Source: Clostridium sp. CAG:594 (lineage in GTDB: Bacteria > Bacillota_I > Bacilli_A > RF39 > UBA660). Taken from it: DNA of 20,920 nucleotides. Below are positions 14,363-20,920 of the stretch, piece after piece. The notes beneath the pieces were generated by a model. The model saw nothing but the letters and a program-made list of their open reading frames with translations, did no database searches and was not told the DNA's origin. Position numbers and translations under genes: made by a program. The stretch lies in assembly GCA_000434835.1 (NCBI GenBank), contig FR881490.1, positions 16,592-37,511 on the forward strand, given 5' to 3'. The first letter of the stretch is position 1. Each line of letters opens with the position of its first letter.

Positions 14363-17179
14363 TTATTTATTTAATTCTCTTTTCAAATACTGACCAGTAT
14401 AAGATTCTTTGCATTTAGCTACCTTCTCAGGAGTTCCAGCGCAAACTACTTGTCCTCCTAAGTCTCCACCTTCAGGACCTAAATCAATTATGTAGTCAGC
14501 CACTTTTATAACATCAAGGTTATGTTCTATTACTATTACAGTATCTCCATTATCAACTATTCTATTTAAAATAACAAGTAATTTTTTTATGTCATCGCTA
14601 TGAAGACCAGTTGTTGGTTCATCTAGAATAAATACACTTTTTCCGGTCGGTTTTTTCTGAAGTTCTTTAGCAAGTTTAACACGAGAAGCCTCACCACCAG
14701 ATAGAGTTGGCGCACTTTGACCTAACTTTATGTATCCTAATCCAACGTCCATTAAAACTTGTAATTTCCTTTTTATCTTAGGATGATTTTCAAAGAATTC
14801 TATAGCTTCTTCAACGCGCATTCCAAGTACATCATATATCGTTTTTCCTTTATATTTAACCTCTAAAGTTTCCTTATTAAATCTAGTTCCACCACATACT
14901 TCACAAGGAACATATACATCTGGTAAAAAGTTCATTGATATTTTTTTAACACCATCTCCATAGCAAGCCTCACATCTACCACCTTTAACGTTAAACGAGA
15001 ACCTTCCTTTTTCATATCCTCTTATTTTTGCTTCTTTTGTTTGCGCAAAAACATCTCTTATATCATCAAATACACCAACATATGTAGCAGGATTACTACG
15101 AGGAGTTCTACCTATTGGATCTTGTGTTATATCTATTACTTTATCTACGTCTTCTATACCTTTTATACTTCTATATTTACCAGGAACCACTTTTGATTTG
15201 TATACGTTTAATGCTAAAGCCTTATACAAAATTTGGTTTACCAAACTACTTTTACCAGAACCTGATACACCAGTTACTAGAACAAGATTTCCTAAAGGAA
15301 ATTTAACATTTATGTTCTTTAAATTATTTTCCTTCGCACCTTTTATTTCGATAAATTTACCATTACCCTTACGACGTTTTAAAGGCACTTCTATTTTCTT
15401 TCTACCACTTAAATAATCCCCTGTTAAACTATTAGTATTTTGCATAACTTCTTCTGGCGTTCCACATGCTACTATCCTGCCTCCATGCTCTCCTGCACCA
15501 GGACCTACGTCAACTAAATAATCAGCTTGTAACATAGTATCAGTATCATGCTCTACTACTATTAGTGTATTTCCAATATCCCTCATTTTTAATAATGAAT
15601 CAATAAGTCTTTGGTTATCTCTTTGATGAAGCCCAATACTAGGTTCATCTAGTACGTATAAAACGCCCGTTAACTGTGAGCCTATTTGCGTTGCAAGTCT
15701 TATTCTCTGTGCCTCACCGCCTGACAAGGTTGATGCACTACGAGATAAAGTTAAGTATCCCAATCCAACATTATGCAAAAATTCTAGTCTAGACTTTATT
15801 TCCTTTATTAATAATTTTGCTATTTCTTCTTTTTCCTTGCTAAGTTTTAAGTTATCAAAGAACTCATAAAGCTTATCAATGTTCATATCTGTTAAATCAA
15901 TTATGTTTTTCTTATTTATTAATACTGATAAAACACTTTTCTTAAGTCTTTTGCCTAAGCATGTAGGACAAGTTAGCTCTACCATATACTTGCCTAACCA
16001 GTCTCTTATAAACTCACTATTAGTTTCAAAATATCTTCTTTCTAAGTTATTTAAAACACCTTCATAAGGCTCATAACTATTCATTACGTTTCCACTTCTA
16101 GTTTTAAAATTAAATTCTATAGCTTCTTTTGTACCACGAAGAATTATATCTAATTCTTTCTTAGTTAAATCCTTCATTTTTTTGTTCATATCTATGCCAA
16201 ACTTATCGCAAACTATTTCTAGTTTCTTTATGTATATATTTTGGTCATCCATACCAGCAAGTGGCTCTATCCCGCCTCTTGCTAAAGTCTTTTCCTTGTC
16301 AGGAATTATTAGTTGTTCACTTATTTTTTGCTTAAATCCTAAACCTTTACAATCAGGACAAGAACCATAAGGAGCATTAAATGAAAACATTCTAGGTTCA
16401 AGTTCTTCTAAAGAAAAATCACAGTGTGGACATGCAAATGACTCACTCATAACAATGTCTTTTTTTCCAGGGATGGAAACTACTGCTTTTCCTTTAGATA
16501 ATTTGCAAGCAAGTTCTAGGGCTTCATATATTCTGCTTCTTGCTTCTTCCTTTTTAATTACCCTATCTATTACAACCAATATGTTGTGTTTCTTATTTTT
16601 ATCAAGATTTATTTCTTCACTTAAATCCTTTACTTCATCATCTATCTTTACCCTAACATAACCATCTTTTCTTAAAGAATCTAATAAATCTTTAAATGTT
16701 CCTTTTTGACCATATATGACCGGTGACATAATAATTAATTTGGTTTTATCTTCCTCATTCATTATTTGCGTAGTCATCTCTTCTATCGATTGACTTGTTA
16801 TTGGAATATTATGATTAGGACAATATGGAACTCCTATACGCGCAAATAAAAGTCTAAAATAATCATATATTTCTGTAACCGTTCCAACCGTTGACCTTGG
16901 GTTATTATTAGTAGTTTTTTGATCTATTGAAATAGATGGAGAAAGACCTTCTATTGAATCTACATCTGGTTTTTTTGTTCCTCCTAAAAACTGCCTTGCA
17001 TAAGCAGATAAGCTTTCTACATATCTTCTTTGTCCTTCAGCATATATCGTATCAAAAGCAAGGGATGACTTACCACTTCCAGATACACCTGTCATTACCG
17101 TTAGTTTATTCTTAGGTATTTCTATATCCACGTTTTTTAAATTATTTTCTCTTGCACCTTTTACTATAATTTTGTCCAC
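14363..17179 (-). CDS. uvrA: Excinuclease ABC subunit A
   Basis: Two ABC ATPase modules (GVSGSGKSSLAFDTIYAEGQRRYVESLSAYARQF; LSGGEAQRIRLA; second GVSGSGKSSL; LSGGEASRVKLA) and zinc-finger Cys clusters. I favour the start at GTG 17179 (AAGGTGA SD 5 nt upstream). The track's GTG at 17188 lies inside that SD. Confidence 0.95.
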   Translation of the reverse strand: MDKIIVKGARENNLKNVDIEIPKNKLTVMTGVSGSGKSSLAFDTIYAEGQRRYVESLSAYARQFLGGTKKPDVDSIEGLSPSISIDQKTTNNNPRSTVGTVTEIYDYFRLLFARIGVPYCPNHNIPITSQSIEEMTTQIMNEEDKTKLIIMSPVIYGQKGTFKDLLDSLRKDGYVRVKIDDEVKDLSEEINLDKNKKHNILVVIDRVIKKEEARSRIYEALELACKLSKGKAVVSIPGKKDIVMSESFACPHCDFSLEELEPRMFSFNAPYGSCPDCKGLGFKQKISEQLIIPDKEKTLARGGIEPLAGMDDQNIYIKKLEIVCDKFGIDMNKKMKDLTKKELDIILRGTKEAIEFNFKTRSGNVMNSYEPYEGVLNNLERRYFETNSEFIRDWLGKYMVELTCPTCLGKRLKKSVLSVLINKKNIIDLTDMNIDKLYEFFDNLKLSKEKEEIAKLLIKEIKSRLEFLHNVGLGYLTLSRSASTLSGGEAQRIRLATQIGSQLTGVLYVLDEPSIGLHQRDNQRLIDSLLKMRDIGNTLIVVEHDTDTMLQADYLVDVGPGAGEHGGRIVACGTPEEVMQNTNSLTGDYLSGRKKIEVPLKRRKGNGKFIEIKGAKENNLKNINVKFPLGNLVLVTGVSGSGKSSLVNQILYKALALNVYKSKVVPGKYRSIKGIEDVDKVIDITQDPIGRTPRSNPATYVGVFDDIRDVFAQTKEAKIRGYEKGRFSFNVKGGRCEACYGDGVKKISMNFLPDVYVPCEVCGGTRFNKETLEVKYKGKTIYDVLGMRVEEAIEFFENHPKIKRKLQVLMDVGLGYIKLGQSAPTLSGGEASRVKLAKELQKKPTGKSVFILDEPTTGLHSDDIKKLLVILNRIVDNGDTVIVIEHNLDVIKVADYIIDLGPEGGDLGGQVVCAGTPEKVAKCKESYTGQYLKRELNK

Positions 17180-17233
17180 ATAAATCACCTTCAGTTTAAT
17201 ATTCTATCATAAAATTATTAAATTTATACATCA

Positions 17234-17262
17234 ATTATATCAAACAAATGTACTTATTGCAA
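17234..17262 (-). promoter_or_regulatory. Sigma-A-type promoter dedicated to uvrA: TTGCAA-17 nt-TATAAT with TG extension
   Basis: The minus strand reads TTGCAATAAGTACATTTGTTTGATATAAT. -35 at 17257..17262 and -10 at 17234..17239. Confidence 0.65.
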
Positions 17263-17269
17263 TGATAAG

Positions 17270-17294
17270 AAAAAAAGCTATGTAAAACATAACT
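17270..17294 (-). terminator. Weak intrinsic terminator downstream of the DUF4190 gene
   Basis: RNA: AGUUAUG-UUUUA-CAUAGCU, 7 bp with one G.U pair, followed by U7. Confidence 0.55.
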
Positions 17295-17297
17295 TTT

Positions 17298-17897
17298 CTA
17301 ATTCATTGAAACATCAATAATTTTAAATTCAGCTGATTTCATTTGTTCTAATTTTTCCGACGAAACTAAAGTAAATATTTTAAAGTCTTGCGTTTGACCA
17401 GAATTCAAGTCATTTGCATAAACATAATCATCATCTATTCTTTTTCCAGTATTATCCACTGCTTCTATATGTATAGTGAATGATTTTTTCTCTTTAGATT
17501 TATTTGTTACTGTAACTACAAGTTCAGAATCTGAATAACCATATTCATCGGTTGTAACATTTAATTTTCCAATATTAACGTCAACATCTTTTTTTAATAT
17601 TTCTTCTGTATTATCACCCGTCATATTATCCAAATCTTTACCAACATCATCTAGCGACTTTGACCAGCTATTTTGAAGTGATAACGTTATTACAACAGAT
17701 AATATACCTAATATTAATCCTACAATTGCCTTTGCTTTACCTGACTTTTTAACTAATGAAACTATTGCAAAAATAACAGATAAAACACCTAATATAAATG
17801 AAACATTATTAACTATGGGTATAAATGATAAGCAAATTCCAATTATTCCTAATACCATTGCCGCTACTGAAAATCCTGTTTTTTTCTCTTCTTTCAT
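17298..17897 (-). CDS. DUF4190-type membrane protein with a C-terminal extracytoplasmic beta-rich domain
   Basis: 199 aa. The N-terminus is GFSVAAMVLGIIGICLSFIPIV... plus further TM segments, the pattern typical of DUF4190. The C-terminal ~110 aa alternate polar and hydrophobic residues (ELVVTVTNKSKEKKSFTIHIEAVDNTGK...). AAAGGAG SD. Confidence 0.7.
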   Translation of the reverse strand: MKEEKKTGFSVAAMVLGIIGICLSFIPIVNNVSFILGVLSVIFAIVSLVKKSGKAKAIVGLILGILSVVITLSLQNSWSKSLDDVGKDLDNMTGDNTEEILKKDVDVNIGKLNVTTDEYGYSDSELVVTVTNKSKEKKSFTIHIEAVDNTGKRIDDDYVYANDLNSGQTQDFKIFTLVSSEKLEQMKSAEFKIIDVSMN

Positions 17898-17979
17898 AGC
17901 ACTACTTACTCCTTTCTACATATTTACAGAATAATTATTAAGATACTGCATATAATAAATATAATCTGTATATGTATAT

Positions 17980-18008
17980 ATTATAAATCATATATCTATA
18001 AAATACAA
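17980..18008 (-). promoter_or_regulatory. Promoter candidate for the DUF4190 gene in the divergent XRE/DUF4190 control region: TTGTAT-17 nt-TATAAT
   Basis: The minus strand reads TTGTATTTTATAGATATATGATTTATAAT. -35 at 18003..18008 and -10 at 17980..17985. The 157-bp divergent region is extremely AT-rich and contains several further TATAAT-like hexamers. I could not assign the XRE promoter. Confidence 0.4.
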
Positions 18009-18054
18009 ATACTTTTTATAAAATTATTTTAGAAATATAGAAAGAAGTAGTATT

Positions 18055-18375
18055 ATGAAGAATTTAAAAGAATTAAGACAAAAAAAGAATATAACTCAAA
18101 TAAGACTATCAATAGCTGCTGAGGTATCACAAGAAACAATAAGTGCCTATGAAAGCGGAAAAGCTCTTCCTAGTGCTGATACATTAATTAAGCTTGCAGA
18201 CTTTTTAGATACTTCTGTTGATTATTTGTTAGATAGAACAAACATAAGTACTCCAGTAAGATTAAAAGATACTACTTGTAATGATGAATTAATATATGAA
18301 TTTGATAAACTTAGTGATAATCAGAAAAAAGATGTTATTTGGTATTGTAAAAATATTAAAAGTAGAGATAAGTAA
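18055..18375 (+). CDS. XRE-family helix-turn-helix transcriptional regulator
   Basis: 106 aa. LKELRQKKNITQIRLSIAAEVSQETISAYESGKALPSADTLIKLADFLDTSVDYLLDRT is a canonical Cro/C1-type HTH. It is the only plus-strand gene and is divergent from the DUF4190 gene. Confidence 0.88.
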   Translation: MKNLKELRQKKNITQIRLSIAAEVSQETISAYESGKALPSADTLIKLADFLDTSVDYLLDRTNISTPVRLKDTTCNDELIYEFDKLSDNQKKDVIWYCKNIKSRDK

Positions 18376-18388
18376 AATCTCTACTTTT
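18358..18388. terminator. Bidirectional intrinsic terminator shared by the convergent XRE gene and uvrB
   Basis: Perfect stem AGTAGAGAT (18361..18369) / ATCTCTACT (18377..18385), extendable to 12 bp by A/T pairs. T-runs lie on both strands. The loop contains the XRE stop codon. Confidence 0.75.
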
Positions 18389-20343
18389 TAACTAACTTTC
18401 ATTTCAAATATAATATCACGAAGTTCCATAGCACGTTCAAAGTCTAATTCTTTTGCAGCTTTTTGCATTTCTTCTTCTAAACCTTTAATTATCTTTTCAG
18501 TTTCTTTTACATCTTTTATAGTGCGTTTTTTTGTTTTTTCTTCTACTTCATCATTTACCGTTACTACATCCATTATCTTTTTCTTTATTGTTTTTGGAAC
18601 TATGTTATGTTCCTTATTATATTTAATTTGAATTTCTCTTCTTCTTTTCGTTTCATCTATAGCAGTTCTCATCGCATCGCTTATTAAGTTAGCATACATA
18701 ATTACCCTGCCTTCTGCGTTTCTAGCACATCTACCTATAGTTTGAATTAAACTTCTATGACTTCTTAAGAACCCTTGCTTATCTGCATCTAAAATAGCAA
18801 CTAAACTAACCTCAGGAATATCAAGACCTTCCCTTAAAAGGTTAATACCAACTAAAACATCATATTTACCTTCCCTTAAATCGTGAATAATTTTTAGTCT
18901 TTCTAAGGTTTTAACTTCACTATGCAAGTATGCTACTTTTATATTTAAATTTTTTAAGTAAGAAGTTAATTCCTCTGCCATACGAATTGTTAATGTTGTA
19001 ACAAGTGTTCTATCACCTTTTTCTATTTGCTTTTCTATTTCTTCTATTAAATCGTCAACTTGGTTTTCCTGCTTTCTAACCTCTATTAATGGATCTAAAA
19101 GTCCAGTTGGCCTTATTATTTGTTCTACTACCTTGTTATTTACTTTTTGTAATTCTTCATCACCAGGAGTTGCAGATACATATATTACCTGGTTTATTTT
19201 TTCTTCAAATTCTTCGTATTTAAGTGGTCTGTTATCTAGTGCAGATGGAAGACGAAATCCATAATCTACAAGCATTTGCTTTCTTGCCCTATCACCATTA
19301 TACATTGCCTTAACCTGAGGTAATGTTACGTGTGACTCATCTATTACCATTAAAAAATCATCAGGAAAAAAGTCCAAAAGACAAGTTGGAGTTGCACCCT
19401 CTGGTTTTAAAGCCAAGTGTCTAGAATAGTTTTCAACACCAGAACAAAATCCTGTTTCTGCAAGCATTTCAAGGTCATACTTACACCTCTGTTCCAGGCG
19501 TTCAGCCTCTAATAATTTGCCGTTTTCTCTAAAATAAGCTAATCTTTCATCTAATTCTTTTCTTATGTTTACGATTGCTTTTTTTAATTTTTCTTCACTT
19601 GTAACAAAGTGTGATGCTGGCATAATTGAAATGAATTTTTTCTCGCTTACTACCGTACCTGTTAAAACATCAAACTCTGTTATTCTTTCTATCTCATCAC
19701 CAAATAATTCAATTCTTATTCCATGACTTTTTTCGTAAACTGGTATTACTTCAATAACGTCCCCTTTAGCTCTAAACATGCCTCTTGCTAAATCTATGTT
19801 ATTTCTTTCATACATCATATCAACTAGTTTTGATAGGACTTCATTTCTATTTATTTCTTCTCCTACCTTTAACGTTAACATATGTTTTTCATATTCTTCT
19901 TTATCTCCAATACCATATATACAAGATACCGATGCTACTACTATTACATCTTTTGCATTAATTAGTGATGATGTTGCATAATGCCTTAATTCATCTATCT
20001 CATCATTTATTGAAGAGTCTTTTTCTATATAAGTATCACTTGAAGGTACATATGCTTCTGGTTGATAATAGTCATAATATGAAACAAAATAGCAAACCTG
20101 ATTATTTGGAAATATTTCCTTAAGTTCAGAGTAAAGTTGACCTGCAAGCGTTTTATTATGTGCAAGAACGAGCGTTGGTTTATTAACCTCTTTTATAACG
20201 TTTGCTATTGTAAAAGTTTTACCAGTTCCTGTTGCTCCTAATAAAACTTGATATTTCTTACCATCTTTTATCCCCTTAGAAAGCTCTTTTATTGCTTCTG
20301 GTTGATCACCTGATGGCTTAAATTTTGACACTAAATCGAACAT
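18388..20343 (-). CDS. uvrB: Excinuclease ABC subunit B
   Basis: 651 aa. Begins [14 protein letters not shown]. Walker A is [10 protein letters not shown]. Contains DESH and helicase motifs, and a C-terminal UVR domain ([22 protein letters not shown]). GAGGAGG SD. Confidence 0.95.
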   Translation of the reverse strand: MFDLVSKFKPSGDQPEAIKELSKGIKDGKKYQVLLGATGTGKTFTIANVIKEVNKPTLVLAHNKTLAGQLYSELKEIFPNNQVCYFVSYYDYYQPEAYVPSSDTYIEKDSSINDEIDELRHYATSSLINAKDVIVVASVSCIYGIGDKEEYEKHMLTLKVGEEINRNEVLSKLVDMMYERNNIDLARGMFRAKGDVIEVIPVYEKSHGIRIELFGDEIERITEFDVLTGTVVSEKKFISIMPASHFVTSEEKLKKAIVNIRKELDERLAYFRENGKLLEAERLEQRCKYDLEMLAETGFCSGVENYSRHLALKPEGATPTCLLDFFPDDFLMVIDESHVTLPQVKAMYNGDRARKQMLVDYGFRLPSALDNRPLKYEEFEEKINQVIYVSATPGDEELQKVNNKVVEQIIRPTGLLDPLIEVRKQENQVDDLIEEIEKQIEKGDRTLVTTLTIRMAEELTSYLKNLNIKVAYLHSEVKTLERLKIIHDLREGKYDVLVGINLLREGLDIPEVSLVAILDADKQGFLRSHRSLIQTIGRCARNAEGRVIMYANLISDAMRTAIDETKRRREIQIKYNKEHNIVPKTIKKKIMDVVTVNDEVEEKTKKRTIKDVKETEKIIKGLEEEMQKAAKELDFERAMELRDIIFEMKVS

Positions 20344-20367
20344 AGGTTTTACCTCCTCATTTAGATT

Positions 20368-20396
20368 ATTCTACCATTTATTAAATTTTTATACAA
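20368..20396 (-). promoter_or_regulatory. Sigma-A-type promoter for uvrB: TTGTAT-17 nt-TAGAAT with TG extension
   Basis: The minus strand reads TTGTATAAAAATTTAATAAATGGTAGAAT. -35 at 20391..20396 and -10 at 20368..20373. Confidence 0.6.
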
Positions 20397-20428
20397 TAAA
20401 AAAAGAAGACTATATATTTTAGTCTTCT
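20397..20428 (-). terminator. Intrinsic terminator downstream of the M23 peptidase gene
   Basis: Perfect 9-bp stem AGAAGACUA-(7-nt loop)-UAGUCUUCU, followed by U7. It overlaps the TAG stop. Confidence 0.75.
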
Positions 20429-20920
20429 ATCTGTTTGAATAACTTGAACCTTTTGATGGGAATACAATAGCATTTCTTGGATTAAATGAGTGTCCTATAA
20501 AGCCATTGTTTCCATAATATGAATAATAGTCAGCATACCATCTACCATTAGCTAATCCTAAATGTAAGTGTGGTCCTGTTGAATTACCGGTATTTCCTGA
20601 TTTTCCTATTACAGTATCTTTAGTTACTATTTGTCCAACCGATACATTAAACGCTGATAAGTGACAATAATAAGATGTATAATATCTGCCATTTATTAAA
20701 TGGTGAATTATTATTTGGTTACCACCGCCTTTATTACTTCTTATTGTTTTTGCAACATAACCTGGTGCTACTGCATAAACGGTTGTTCCAATAGGCGTTG
20801 AAATATCAATTGCAGCATGTAAATTTGGCTTTCCATATAACGTTCTCCAACCATATTCACTTGATATTCTTCCAGAAGATGTTGGTCTATAAAAAGTTGT
20901 TCCGGAAGGCAAATAACTGC
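20427..20920 (-). CDS. M23-family peptidoglycan metalloendopeptidase; C-terminal part only (the 5' end lies beyond the window end)
   Basis: Has HAAIDIS (HxxxD) and GNTGNSTGPHLHLGL (HxH) catalytic motifs. The reading frame stays open to position 20920. The track's start at 20912 is a TTG read as Met, not a real start. Confidence 0.88.
   Translation of the reverse strand, partial: SYLPSGTTFYRPTSSGRISSEYGWRTLYGKPNLHAAIDISTPIGTTVYAVAPGYVAKTIRSNKGGGNQIIIHHLINGRYYTSYYCHLSAFNVSVGQIVTKDTVIGKSGNTGNSTGPHLHLGLANGRWYADYYSYYGNNGFIGHSFNPRNAIVFPSKGSSYSNR

Noticed and set aside
17898-18054. Attempt to define an XRE operator or palindrome and the XRE promoter in the divergent region
   Set aside because: The region is almost pure A/T, with many overlapping TATAAT-like hexamers and imperfect inverted repeats (for example ATACTG...CTGTAT). 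None stands out above what this composition gives by chance.
1-20920. Possibility of Mollicutes-type genetic code 4 (TGA = Trp), given the extreme AT-richness
   Set aside because: All conserved proteins translate full-length under the standard code. Conserved Trp positions (for example GRWGNFF in lgt) are TGG, and several genes end in TGA overlaps that behave as stops (for example DUF951/abgT ATGA).
1-20920. Search for CRISPR arrays, tRNA/rRNA genes, IS elements, integrases or known defence-gene signatures
   Set aside because: No intergenic gap exceeds about 185 nt, and each is accounted for by terminators, promoters or leaders. There are no spaced direct repeats and no transposase or recombinase motifs in any frame I read.

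Overview
This is a very AT-rich, gene-dense housekeeping region of a low-GC Bacillota-type bacterium. It uses the standard genetic code: Trp is TGG and no ORF is broken by TGA. I count 23 protein genes, two of them truncated by the window edges. All but one (an XRE regulator) are on the minus strand. Reading 5'->3' on the minus strand, the order is: M23 peptidase (partial), uvrB, [XRE on +], DUF4190 membrane protein, uvrA, orphan ArpU-family regulator, YvlD/holin-family-4-like membrane protein-lgt-trxB, whiA, parA-parB-mscS-DUF951-abgT, two unrecognisable monocistronic genes (320 aa and 177 aa), ychF, rpsF-ssb-rpsR, rplI-dnaB, and a membrane-anchored protein (partial). Nearly every intergenic gap is explained by an intrinsic terminator hairpin followed by a sigma-A-type promoter, usually with a TGn-extended -10. 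Several ORF-track N-termini are over-extended: the extension runs into the gene's own promoter or SD, and I give corrected starts. I see no rRNA, tRNA, CRISPR array, transposase, integrase or obvious defence genes. I do not see convincing evidence of a novel multi-gene system. The best second-look candidates are: (1) the two orphan genes at 4509-6088; (2) the XRE/DUF4190 cassette that splits uvrB from uvrA; (3) the solitary ArpU-like regulator next to a holin-family membrane protein, preceded by helically phased 10-bp repeats. All product calls come from motif recognition by eye, not from database searches.
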